A stretch of 64,000 nt of DNA from assembly GCA_963713855.1 (NCBI GenBank), contig OY970209.1, positions 1,088,001-1,152,000 of the forward strand, given 5' to 3'. The notes beneath the pieces are model-generated. The model saw only the letters and a list, made by a program, of their open reading frames with translations, had not been told where the DNA came from and searched no databases. The first letter of the stretch is position 1. The number at the start of each line of letters is the position of its first letter. Of the stretch, positions 40,911 to 50,837 are shown piece by piece. Origin of the DNA: an uncultured bacterium (GTDB lineage: Bacteria > Babelota > Babeliae > Babelales > Babelaceae). A program made the translations under genes and the position numbers.

Positions 40911-43900
40911 ATGGTTATGAAGACTAGCGTAGTACTAAGCATAGTGTTATGTTTGGTTGCAAGAATAGAAGCGAATAATAGTTGTTCATTGGATATCGGC
41001 GTAAATTACGCTTTACCTGCTGGCTCTCTTAATCCTAATGCAATAGCCTTTTCCCCCTCGGGAAATTATGCGGCCATTGCTAATACAAACTCAAATTCTG
41101 TTACTGTGTGTACCGTTGGAGCAGGAGGGGTGTTAAGTGGGCCTGTGTCTTACGCTTTACCTTCAAGTTCTCTATCTCCTTATTCAGTAGCCTTTTCCCC
41201 TTCCGGCAATTATCTTGCTACTGCTAATTTTAATTCCAATGATGTTACAGTATTTACCGTGGGGTCAGGCGGAGTGTTAAGTGGAGCTACATCTTACGCG
41301 TTGCCAACAGGTTCTAGGAACCCTTATTCAATAACGTTCTCGCCTTCGGGCAGTTATCTTGTTACCGCTAACGTCAGTTCAAGCGACGTAACACTATTTT
41401 CCGTAGGAGCGGGCGGAGTTTTAAATGCAGGGGCATCTTATCTTGCAGGTACATCCCCTTATTCAGTAATGTTTTCACCATCAGGTTACCTTGCTTGTGC
41501 TAATTGGGGTTCAAACAATGTAACCATGTTTACCATTGGTACGGGAGGTATGATACTCTTCACGACATCTTATGCGTTACCTGCTGGTGCCACAGAACCT
41601 ACCTCGCTTGCTTTTTCACCGTCAGGTAGCTATTTGGCCACTGCTAATGAAGGCACAAATAATGTAACCGTATTTCAAGTAACAGGCGGCTCATTAAGTG
41701 GAGCAATATCATATGCTTTACCTGGTGGGTCAACGATTCCTTTTTCTGTGGCGTTTTCGCCGTCGGGTAATTATCTTAGTACCGCTAATGCTGTTTCGAA
41801 CGATGTAACGACATTCACAGTAGGATCGGGAGGAGCATTGAGCGGAGCGGCCTCCTTCGCTTTACCTTCAGGTTCTAAAGGACCTCAATCAATAGCATTT
41901 TTACCATCAGGTAATTATCTTAGTACCGCTAATTACACCTCAAATGATATAACTACATTTACGGTGGGCGCAGGAGGAGCATTGAGCGGGGGTAATTCAT
42001 TTACTTTGCCTATAAGTTCAATCAAACCTTATTCGGCGGCTTTCTCGCCGACGGGAAATTATGTCGCCACCGCTAACTTTGGCTCAAATAGTGTAACAAC
42101 GTTTACTGTCAGCGGAGGAGTATTAAGCGGAGCAGCGTCATATGGCTTACCTTCCGGGTCGACGGGGCCTTATGCAGTAGCGTTTTCGCCCTCGGGAAAT
42201 TATCTAGCAACCGCTGATTCATCGTCAAACAGCGTAACAGTATTTACGGTAGGGGCTGGAGGTGCTCTCAGCGCCGGGGCTTCATATACCTTGCCTGCGG
42301 GTTCGACGACTCCTCAAGCAATAACATTTTCAACATCGGGCAATTATCTCGCCACCGGCAACTTTGGTTCGAATGATATAACAATATTCTTGGTAGGTGC
42401 GGGAGGAACGTTGAGCGGTGCTCAATCATATGCTTTGCCTGCAGGTTCTCAACAACCTTATTCTGTAGTATTTTCACCCTCAGACAGCTATTTAGCTACT
42501 GCTAATTTTAATGGTAATGTGACTATGTTCACCGTAGGTGCTGGCGGCACCTTGAACAGTGTAGCATCATATCTCGTACCATCAGCCGCTCGATCAGTGG
42601 CGTTTTCCCCATCGGGCAATTTTCTCGCTTGTGCTAATCAAGGCACGAATAATGTAACCGTATTTACAGTAGGCACCGGTGGAACATTGAGCGGGGCAAC
42701 GACCTATCCCTTACCTTTTGACTCTATAGAGCCTATTTCATTAGCATTTTCCCCATCGGGTACTTATCTTGTTTGCGCTAATGGATTTTCAAACGTAAAT
42801 GGTGTAACAATATTTACAGTAAATGCAGCAGGAACGTTGAGTGAGGCGGTGTCTTATGATTTACCTCCAGGCTCTACAGCGCCTTTGTCGGTGGCATTTT
42901 CACCATCAGGAAATGCTTTAGTTACTGCTAATCCCTCTTCAAACGAAGTAACGCTATTTACTATCAATTGCGCCTCAAATCCGGCATTCCAAGGAACATC
43001 CTATCCCTTACCTATTGGATCTCGTGAGCCTCGCTCGATAGCCATTTCAAAAGAAGGAATGTATTTAGCAACCGGGAATTACAATTCGAGTGACGTAACG
43101 CTCTTTTCAATCGATCCAAATGGCATTCTTAATAACGCAGCTTCATTCTTGTTGCCAGCAGGCTCGTTAGCGCCAGCAGACGTAGCATTCTCATTTAACT
43201 CGTCTTATCTTGCAACCGCAAACAGTAGAACGAATGACGTGACGCTCTTTGAACTAACTGGAGGAAAGCTTATAGGAGCAAGCTCTTACAAGCTACCGAG
43301 CAATTCAACGCAGCCGGTATCGATCCAATTTTCACCCAACGGGTACTTAGCGACTGCCAATAGTAAATCTGGGGACATAACTCTTTTTAAAGTAGGCGCG
43401 GGAACCCTGAGCAATGCTCTTTCTTACGTATTGCCTTCTAACTCATCTAATCCAGTAGCGGTAGCGTTTTCATCCGATGGCTCCTATCTAGCGACGGCAA
43501 ATCTATTGTCAAATGACATAACACTCTTTAATGCTACCAATGGCGCATTAAAGAGCATTTCATCTCAAAAGTTGCCGGCAGATTCAAGCATGCCGCAATC
43601 AGTAATATTTTTACCGGGCTCTAATGGGAATATTTTCGTGGCAACTGCAAACAGCAATTCCAGTGATGTAACGATATTTCCGGTAAATGGAGGCGTATTA
43701 GAACCTGGCACATCATATAAACTTCCGTTAGGCTCAACAGATCCGCTTTTTATCGCAGTTGCCCCTCAAGGAGTATATCTAGGAACGGCAAATGGCTTAT
43801 CTAATACTTTTACCTTGTTTGCCATAACTAATGGGGTACTTGACGAAGGCTTTTCATACAATCTACCCGGAAATTCGAGCAATGATGTAGCTATCACATT

Positions 43901-44183
43901 TTCACCGGTATTGACAAGCACGGGCAATGTGTTTCTGGCAACGGCAAACAGTGATTCGAATGATGTATCGGTAGCAACAATTTTTGGTAGTGAGCAAGGA
44001 GGAGATGGCGGCAATCTTCCTATAGGGGTTATTATAGGAACAACAGTTGGAGTGCCTGTAGCCCTCGGTCTTATAGCAACGGTAAGTGCGGTTAGCGCCT
44101 TCCTTTTCTATAAGTATTGGCATAAACATCGCGGTCTTCAAAGCGTGAATTATAGTGGTCCAGAATCTACGGATACCTTGTGA
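40911..44183 (+). CDS. Membrane-anchored beta-propeller repeat protein (14+7 blades)
   Basis: Signal ARIEA-NNSC, 14 Cys-bracketed blades plus 7, TM, tail KHRGLQSVNYSGPESTDTL. Confidence 0.9.
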   Translation: MVMKTSVVLSIVLCLVARIEANNSCSLDIGVNYALPAGSLNPNAIAFSPSGNYAAIANTNSNSVTVCTVGAGGVLSGPVSYALPSSSLSPYSVAFSPSGNYLATANFNSNDVTVFTVGSGGVLSGATSYALPTGSRNPYSITFSPSGSYLVTANVSSSDVTLFSVGAGGVLNAGASYLAGTSPYSVMFSPSGYLACANWGSNNVTMFTIGTGGMILFTTSYALPAGATEPTSLAFSPSGSYLATANEGTNNVTVFQVTGGSLSGAISYALPGGSTIPFSVAFSPSGNYLSTANAVSNDVTTFTVGSGGALSGAASFALPSGSKGPQSIAFLPSGNYLSTANYTSNDITTFTVGAGGALSGGNSFTLPISSIKPYSAAFSPTGNYVATANFGSNSVTTFTVSGGVLSGAASYGLPSGSTGPYAVAFSPSGNYLATADSSSNSVTVFTVGAGGALSAGASYTLPAGSTTPQAITFSTSGNYLATGNFGSNDITIFLVGAGGTLSGAQSYALPAGSQQPYSVVFSPSDSYLATANFNGNVTMFTVGAGGTLNSVASYLVPSAARSVAFSPSGNFLACANQGTNNVTVFTVGTGGTLSGATTYPLPFDSIEPISLAFSPSGTYLVCANGFSNVNGVTIFTVNAAGTLSEAVSYDLPPGSTAPLSVAFSPSGNALVTANPSSNEVTLFTINCASNPAFQGTSYPLPIGSREPRSIAISKEGMYLATGNYNSSDVTLFSIDPNGILNNAASFLLPAGSLAPADVAFSFNSSYLATANSRTNDVTLFELTGGKLIGASSYKLPSNSTQPVSIQFSPNGYLATANSKSGDITLFKVGAGTLSNALSYVLPSNSSNPVAVAFSSDGSYLATANLLSNDITLFNATNGALKSISSQKLPADSSMPQSVIFLPGSNGNIFVATANSNSSDVTIFPVNGGVLEPGTSYKLPLGSTDPLFIAVAPQGVYLGTANGLSNTFTLFAITNGVLDEGFSYNLPGNSSNDVAITFSPVLTSTGNVFLATANSDSNDVSVATIFGSEQGGDGGNLPIGVIIGTTVGVPVALGLIATVSAVSAFLFYKYWHKHRGLQSVNYSGPESTDTL

Positions 44184-44350
44184 GAGAAAAGATTATTTAC
44201 AAACAAGAGACCAAATACTCAAGCTCTAATACGTCCACATTATCTATTTTCTGCTCGCCTTTCGAGCTCAATTTTAGCACAGCTTACTATCATTTTTGAT
44301 AAAAATGGATTATTATTCGTGTCTTGTACTCTATAGCATCCTAAACATGG

Positions 44351-46111
44351 TTGAAGTATATGATACTTGTTCGTAAATGTGCAGTTATTATTTTTATAGT
44401 ATGTTTTGTTTATAGTGACTGCATGGAAGAAAGAAAGAGAAAGCCTCAAGAAGAATTTTGTCCCGTAAAAAAGGGTAAAATTTTTAATTCTAAGTCGACC
44501 TCAGAGCTTTTTAGAGCGATTGCTGACGGTGATGAAGACCTTGTTTCAAAGCTTGTTTTAGAAGAAAACGCTGACGTTAACGGTCGTGATGATGAAAATG
44601 TTACTCCTTTACATAGAGCATTGGAGCTAGGTTCTAAAGCTCTTGTTAACCGACTTATGAATTTAGGAGCAGATGCTTCCTTGGCAGACCAGCAAGCAAG
44701 GAACGAAGTTTGCTTTGACCTAAACCCACAACCGTGGCAGTATTTGCCCTCAGGGGCGCTAACACCATTAGAATATACGATATTGATGCTTGATGATCCT
44801 CTTCGCATTGAAATACTTACTCTGATGATTGAAAGCGGAGCCGTGCTCAACCCTCGCAACGAGCCCTTTACGCCGCTTCATATTGCAGCAACAACAAGCT
44901 CGGCCCATTCTTGCCTTAAAATGCTTCTTTTACATAAAGCAAACCCAAACCAACGAAACTCTAAGAGCATTTCTCCGTTATTTGTAAGTGCTTTTTATGG
45001 TAATGCTGAAGGGGTATTGACGCTTTTAGAGTATGGAGCAGATGCTAACATGCAGCAGTTATTCATGGGTAGTCAAAGAGTTGCGTTATCGCAGCCTGTA
45101 AGAGCACTCAGTGGCGTACTGGATGAAGAAGCTTGTCCAGAATCCTTAGCTAGTCTTCTTCAGCTTTTGCACCTCCTGCTTCGGTGCACCCGACTCAGTC
45201 TGCTTGATTTACAATCGAGCAGACTTTTAGATAGAGAGCTTCCACTACTACATGAAGGATATCACTTATTTAACAATGCCATTGAAGAGGCCCTTGTTCT
45301 AAATGATCAGGAAAAGTTTATGGGGGAGCTTTTACAACTTACGAATCTTGGCCGAGATTTAACAGAAGAAGAACGCAAATCGCTAGAAACAACTGCATTT
45401 TTCGCACTGGGCCGCGGAAATAAAGAGTTTGTGGCTTTTATAATTGATAATTTTGGATCTGTTCTTAATCCGAGATTATGCAGGGAACTTTTCATTGGTG
45501 CGGCTCGATTTGGCCATACTGATATTCTTTCGTATCTCCATAATAGTATAGAACCAACGCCTGAGTTAGTTAATGAAGCATTCGTCGTGGCAGGTCGCGC
45601 AAGGCAACCGAACTCGATGATATTTCTTTACTCAACTGACATGCTTGAAAATTCTACTATAGAGATTGTTTTAAATAGAGCTATCGCTTGGGGGCAGACA
45701 ACCGTATTTAAAATGCTCTTAAATTATATACTTCGCGAAGCTAAAGTCCCAGGCCTATTTATTCAAGCAGCAGCGCAGGGAAGAATCAAGCTCTTAAGGC
45801 TTTTGAGCGATGGGAGCGTCATTCCTAGTGCTCAACTTGAAGAAGCAATTTTGAAAGCAGCTCTTGGTAAGCACGTTAAAGCAGTGCGTTATATACTTTT
45901 ACTGTACCCAGACATTGACGTAACAAGGGTGATTCAAGAAATAAATGCTCTTCTTGAAGGCGGAGAGATAACTAGGCAAAGCAGAACTTATTACGAAGAA
46001 ATTCTAAATTTACTGAAATCAAATGTTTCTCACACATTTTTAAGGACAGACTTTTCTACAATAGAGACGTTCTTTCCAGTAGTTTTTGGCCAAAAATCTC
46101 CTTTTGCCTAG
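44351..46111 (+). CDS. Secreted ankyrin-repeat protein
   Basis: Signal ending SDC-MEE. NADVNGRD..VTPLHRA, FTPLHIAA, ISPLFVSA..GADAN; degenerate ANK-like C-terminal half. Confidence 0.88.
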   Translation: MKYMILVRKCAVIIFIVCFVYSDCMEERKRKPQEEFCPVKKGKIFNSKSTSELFRAIADGDEDLVSKLVLEENADVNGRDDENVTPLHRALELGSKALVNRLMNLGADASLADQQARNEVCFDLNPQPWQYLPSGALTPLEYTILMLDDPLRIEILTLMIESGAVLNPRNEPFTPLHIAATTSSAHSCLKMLLLHKANPNQRNSKSISPLFVSAFYGNAEGVLTLLEYGADANMQQLFMGSQRVALSQPVRALSGVLDEEACPESLASLLQLLHLLLRCTRLSLLDLQSSRLLDRELPLLHEGYHLFNNAIEEALVLNDQEKFMGELLQLTNLGRDLTEEERKSLETTAFFALGRGNKEFVAFIIDNFGSVLNPRLCRELFIGAARFGHTDILSYLHNSIEPTPELVNEAFVVAGRARQPNSMIFLYSTDMLENSTIEIVLNRAIAWGQTTVFKMLLNYILREAKVPGLFIQAAAQGRIKLLRLLSDGSVIPSAQLEEAILKAALGKHVKAVRYILLLYPDIDVTRVIQEINALLEGGEITRQSRTYYEEILNLLKSNVSHTFLRTDFSTIETFFPVVFGQKSPFA

Positions 46112-46202
46112 CTTTAACCTTCATCGTCAATAAAGGACAAACCCCCGCCCCGGGTATCTGTATCTGTACCTGTAGAATAGCCAAGCAATTTCTAAAAAGT
46201 AA

Positions 46203-46230
46203 TTGAGATACTTGCTTCACGTGTTAGAAT
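46203..46230 (+). promoter_or_regulatory. Sigma70-type promoter with extended -10
   Basis: TTGAGA-16 nt-TAGAAT with TGn, upstream of ATG 46262. Confidence 0.55.
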
Positions 46231-46261
46231 ATTAATAATTGTATGAAAAAGACGGGTCGTC

Positions 46262-47950
46262 ATGCATTACAAGCATAATATAAAAATGATTATTGGTATT
46301 GCCGTATGTGTAATCCTGCTGGAGACTTTTCCTGCTCTTTGCATGGAAGAGGGGGAGGACTGCGCAAAAGAAGCCTATGGAGAGCCTCAAGAAACGAGGC
46401 AGGAAAATTTGCAAGAAGCACAACAAGCATTGTTGCGCGCAATTGAAGGCGGTGAAACCAATCAAGTTCGCGAAATTGTTCACCAGGGTATTGATCTAAA
46501 TTTCTATGATCATGAAGGACGTGGGCCTATGCATTATGCAGCAATGGCTGGCGATACTTCTATACTTGCTGTCCTTGCGGATGCTAAAGGTGATCTACGC
46601 GATCGCGACGATACAGGCAGAGAGCCTCTTCATTACGCAGCAATGGCAGGGCAGCTTGAAGCGCTCATGTGGCTTATAGAGCAAGGAGTTGATCGGGATG
46701 CCAGAGCATGGGATGGCTGCCAACCCGCGCATTACGCAGCTCGGCACGGTCATGTCGCAATTCTAGAATACTATACAGGTCCAGGTTCTGTTGTTGAAGA
46801 TCATAGGGGTAGAGAGCCAATACACTATGCAGCACGTGCTGGGCGCATCAATGTGCTTCAGTTTCTTGATGAGCACGGGGTGAGTTCTAGCACCGCTGAC
46901 GCTGGGGGAGAGCTACCTATCCATTATGCGTCAAATGGTGGGCATTTCAATGCACTGGTGTGGCTTTCAGAACATGGAGCAGATTGTAAAGCCACCACTA
47001 GAAGTGGTAATAACGCATTCCATTATGTGGCAGAAAATGGGAGCATTCGTCTCTTGGCATGGCTGCTGGGACAGGGCGTTTCTCCCGAAGCGTGTAATCG
47101 AGATGGAACTCGGCCGCTGCATCGTGCCGGTGCGTTCGGGAATATACCCGCACTGACGTGGCTTATTCTTCATGGATGCAACAGAGACGCACTTGATTAT
47201 AAGAAGAAAGATGCGGTATGGCATAGTGATAGACACCTTAAAACCTTGCTCTGGTTATTTGATCACGGTGCTTCGTTGACATGTTTGACCGATAAACAAA
47301 AAAACGGGTTTAAACCCTACCCACTTATTTTGGCGATTTTAAATAGCCAAGAAGATGAAGCAATTGCATTATTGCTTAAACGAGGCGTACAAGAAAGCGC
47401 AGGAAGAGATGCAAATGAGTGGCGGCATGCCTTCTTGCTGAGCATTGCTTTAGGTTATCGGAACCTTTTTAGTTTTATGCTCGAACATTCCGAAGGAAAG
47501 ATGACTTCCAGATTGCTCAGAGCAGCTTTAGAAACGGCCGCTGCTTGCGGTAACGCCGACGCGTGCCTAGCGTTATATGCATGTGCATCAAGTTACATAG
47601 ACAGCAAAGAAATGACTTATGCGGAAGTCAAATCGATATTGGAGAACGCGCTTGAGTGGGCAAGTGTCGCTGGCCATGAGAAAGCTGTGACATTTATATT
47701 GAATTATGCTATTGCTTATGAAGGAGTGCCTGATCTGAATGTTGGCAGAGCACTTAACAGGTTAAATGAAATAGAAGCAAGAGCTGCTCAGCTCGGGCGC
47801 GAGTTTAACCTAGAGAGCATACGTGACCGGCTTATATTAGCTCAAATGATGCAAGATCAGAGGCTGATGTTTGACTTACAAGATCTGATTGATCATCTTC
47901 CTTCAGAGCTTCGAGTATTAGTTATGAGCTTTGCTCTTAGTCCAGGATAG
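46262..47950 (+). CDS. Secreted ankyrin-repeat protein with C-terminal F-box-like motif
   Basis: Signal ending ALC-MEE; repeated GREPLHYAA-type units; C-terminus LIDHLPSELRVLVMSFAL. Confidence 0.9.
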   Translation: MHYKHNIKMIIGIAVCVILLETFPALCMEEGEDCAKEAYGEPQETRQENLQEAQQALLRAIEGGETNQVREIVHQGIDLNFYDHEGRGPMHYAAMAGDTSILAVLADAKGDLRDRDDTGREPLHYAAMAGQLEALMWLIEQGVDRDARAWDGCQPAHYAARHGHVAILEYYTGPGSVVEDHRGREPIHYAARAGRINVLQFLDEHGVSSSTADAGGELPIHYASNGGHFNALVWLSEHGADCKATTRSGNNAFHYVAENGSIRLLAWLLGQGVSPEACNRDGTRPLHRAGAFGNIPALTWLILHGCNRDALDYKKKDAVWHSDRHLKTLLWLFDHGASLTCLTDKQKNGFKPYPLILAILNSQEDEAIALLLKRGVQESAGRDANEWRHAFLLSIALGYRNLFSFMLEHSEGKMTSRLLRAALETAAACGNADACLALYACASSYIDSKEMTYAEVKSILENALEWASVAGHEKAVTFILNYAIAYEGVPDLNVGRALNRLNEIEARAAQLGREFNLESIRDRLILAQMMQDQRLMFDLQDLIDHLPSELRVLVMSFALSPG

Positions 47951-47985
47951 GTAGTTAAAACTGCTCAGAAGGATACCATGAAAGG

Positions 47986-48981
47986 TTGCTCATGAATTTA
48001 AAACAAGTAATAAGTGTCGCACTGTTCGTAACATGCGTCCATATGATAGCTATGGAAGATAGACCAGGAAATGAAAAAACTTACACAGACGATACCAGTG
48101 CTTACGATAGCTCCGGTATGCAGCCTTTGCATTGTGCAGCTTTACGTGGAGAGATACCTTTATTGTCCCACCTTGTCCAAACTGGTAGTGCAGTCACTAG
48201 TCTTGATGATTTGGGGAGGGAGCCACTATGGTATGCACTTCAGGCGGGCCATTTAAATGCTGCTTTGTGGTTGCTTGATCATGGGGCGACTATAAGCACG
48301 TTAACAGAGGAGCAGATAAATTTATTAAAACAGTATCCTTGCATTTATGCGTTATTAAGCGGCGACGAAAATCTGGCTCGTGAGCTACTTAGTGCGGCTA
48401 GTGATAATGAGAGTGTTAATGACGTAAGTCAAGCATTTTTGTTAGCTATAGCTTTACAGTATCAAGCATTTCTACAGTCTGTATTAGCAAGAGAGGACGT
48501 ATTGACGCCGGAACGTATGCGTGCAGGCTTTGAAACAGCAGCTGCTACAAATAATAAGGATGCATGTGTTCTATTGTATGAGTACCTTAAGAAGTACTTG
48601 GAAAGCCGAGGCTTATCTCAGCAATTAAGCTCCATAGCAGAAAATACCCTTTTTTGGGCGAGCGTTAAAGGATCTGAGTCGATTGTAGAGTTTATGCTTG
48701 AGCGCGCTTTTGCGCATAGGGAAATACCAGATCTAAGCTTGACTAGAGCTGTGCAGGGGGTTGGTAATATACTCGCAACATGGCCATTAACAGATGAAGA
48801 AAGCCGCCGCTTTAACAGTATTCAGCAAAGATTGTTGAATGCTGCCATAATTCAGGAACTTGCCCGTCAGCGTGAGTTGAATCGTCAAATAAATTCTTCT
48901 GATCTGCCTTTGCATATTCGCCGATACATCAGAACATTTAATTTGGGTCCTCAGATTGGGTGCAGTAGCAGTCTATTTTAA
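47986..48981 (+). CDS. Secreted ankyrin-repeat protein (short paralogue of 46262..47950)
   Basis: Signal ending MIA-MED. GMQPLHCAA, GREPLWYA. Shares AFLL.IAL, ETAAA, EN.L.WASV and PDL...RA with the upstream gene. C-terminal DLPLHIRRYIRTF. Confidence 0.85.
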   Translation: MLMNLKQVISVALFVTCVHMIAMEDRPGNEKTYTDDTSAYDSSGMQPLHCAALRGEIPLLSHLVQTGSAVTSLDDLGREPLWYALQAGHLNAALWLLDHGATISTLTEEQINLLKQYPCIYALLSGDENLARELLSAASDNESVNDVSQAFLLAIALQYQAFLQSVLAREDVLTPERMRAGFETAAATNNKDACVLLYEYLKKYLESRGLSQQLSSIAENTLFWASVKGSESIVEFMLERAFAHREIPDLSLTRAVQGVGNILATWPLTDEESRRFNSIQQRLLNAAIIQELARQRELNRQINSSDLPLHIRRYIRTFNLGPQIGCSSSLF

Positions 48982-49042
48982 AAGAGTACATGAACTATCA
49001 GTTATGCCAGAGTTACCGGCGTTAACTCAGCAAAAAAATTTG

Positions 49043-49915
49043 CTACAAAGGCATGGCTTTTCCAGGTTTGCATCTACTCGTGTACGCATCATAATCAGTT
49101 TTTTGACAGCAGACATTAAAACCTGGCATATAGTATGAGTTTGGTGGGCAACATCCGCCTTGACGCGGGTCATCGTTGCCGATCACATCACCAGGAAGCC
49201 TTGCAAAAGTTTTTCCTTCTGGACAGCAAGTATTGTTGGCACGATTTACTTGGCTGTTTGGACAGCAGGTATTTGTTGAAGCGATGAAGGTGTTTCCGGA
49301 AGCACAACAGATAGTGTTATTGGGATTGTACGCAGATTCTGGACAGCATGTACCTTTTTGATCATACACTTGTCCGGCAGGGCAGCAGCCGCCCTTGCCC
49401 TCGACGTTGGTCGGATTACTAAAGGTCGGTTTATCCGCAGGACAACAGGTTTTAGCTGCAGCCACAAACACGCTTCCAGAGGGACAGCAGCTATTATTGT
49501 CTAAATTATACGAGTAAGAAGGGCAGCACGTACCGGACTGATCATAGACCTGACCCGAAGGACAGCAGCCACCCTTACCATTTGCATCAGTTGGATTACT
49601 AAAAGTCGGCTTACTCAAAGGACAGCATGTCTTTGTATTTGGGTTAAATTGCGTTTGAGCGCAACAATAGCTTGTCGTTGAATCATACAATTGTCCCTGT
49701 GGGCAGCATCCGCCGTAACCCGCCTTGCCAGAAGCTGGATACTGAGGATATGTGGCATTACTGTAGACTTGGCCAACCGGACAGCAACTTTTACTCTCTG
49801 GATTCCAGGCATAGCCCTCATTTTCGCAACCCTCTTTCGTGGCGGGATGCGCTATTTGAAGAGCCGAGAACAAACCCAAAGCTATAAAGTGGACTCTATA
49901 ACTCCCAAGCTTCAT
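49043..49915 (-). CDS. Secreted cysteine-rich protein with di-cysteine (CC) repeats
   Basis: AAGGAG RBS, signal peptide, 15 CC doublets plus one lone Cys near each end; internal repeat KPTFSNPT...GKGGCCP.GQVYDQ.GTCCP. Confidence 0.85.
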   Translation of the reverse strand: MKLGSYRVHFIALGLFSALQIAHPATKEGCENEGYAWNPESKSCCPVGQVYSNATYPQYPASGKAGYGGCCPQGQLYDSTTSYCCAQTQFNPNTKTCCPLSKPTFSNPTDANGKGGCCPSGQVYDQSGTCCPSYSYNLDNNSCCPSGSVFVAAAKTCCPADKPTFSNPTNVEGKGGCCPAGQVYDQKGTCCPESAYNPNNTICCASGNTFIASTNTCCPNSQVNRANNTCCPEGKTFARLPGDVIGNDDPRQGGCCPPNSYYMPGFNVCCQKTDYDAYTSRCKPGKAMPL

Positions 49916-50104
49916 TTCTTACTCCTTTGATAATCCAATTATATTTTCTATTATCTTACAAATATAAAATATTGATTGTCAAGGATTGTTGGAGGCAGCT
50001 GCTAAAACAGAAACGTGAGCACGGCATTTGGGGGCAGTAAAATGTTAATTCTAGAGCGGCACATTTTGTTACTAAATAAAACAATATTTGGAAATTATAG
50101 AGCA

Positions 50105-50132
50105 TTGACAAACGATCTCGTATTATTACACT
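50105..50132 (+). promoter_or_regulatory. Sigma70-type promoter
   Basis: TTGACA-16 nt-TACACT upstream of the AAGGA RBS and ATG 50161. Confidence 0.6.
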
Positions 50133-50160
50133 TAAAAGTGGGTAGAAAGGAAAAACAATC

Positions 50161-50790
50161 ATGAACAATGCACGATTAATATTGCTGATGGGTCTTGGAC
50201 TCATGGTCAACAATCTAATTTTTGCTATCAATGAAGTAAGAAGTGAGGATATCGAAGCTTTAATGTCTTATTTCTGGGATGAAGCACTAAAAGCAGCCCC
50301 TGCCACAAGCCGAAAAGCTGAAGGCAGCATTGTTGTTGATTTTGACAAGCGCACATTTGCAGAACAAACGCTAGCGTTCATCGAAACGAGCAGCGGCACC
50401 GTGGTGATTGTGCCAAAGAGTGTGCTAGACAAAAAATTACGTGCCATTGCACGAATCACTGCTGAAATTAATGTCCAAATGGAGGAGTTTGATAGAATTC
50501 TTGGCAAGAACGGCGACCATCAGGAATACTTAAACAAGCTAAGCCTAGGTGAAAAGCTAGCGAAAACCCAGAAAATTCTCTCAGAACCTGCAAATATTGA
50601 AAGACAGGGGCTCATCACGTTTGACGCAGCGGACTTAGAAAAAGGAGTCTTTATAGAAACGAGTTTGGGCACTGCTGCAATTGTGCCAATAACCGTATGG
50701 CATGAGTTAGAACAGAGGTTGCAAAAAACAGCCCAAACACTTGATGCACAAATAGAAGATTACGACCGGCTTATTGCACAGTTAGCCTAG
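50161..50790 (+). CDS. Secreted hypothetical protein with internal duplication
   Basis: Signal peptide; two copies of FIETS.GT..IVP followed by a helical/coiled segment ending E.[FY]DR. Confidence 0.75.
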   Translation: MNNARLILLMGLGLMVNNLIFAINEVRSEDIEALMSYFWDEALKAAPATSRKAEGSIVVDFDKRTFAEQTLAFIETSSGTVVIVPKSVLDKKLRAIARITAEINVQMEEFDRILGKNGDHQEYLNKLSLGEKLAKTQKILSEPANIERQGLITFDAADLEKGVFIETSLGTAAIVPITVWHELEQRLQKTAQTLDAQIEDYDRLIAQLA

Positions 50791-50837
50791 TTATTCCAGT
50801 AGCCCGACGGTACGTTAACGACATTCCTTTTTGTGGG

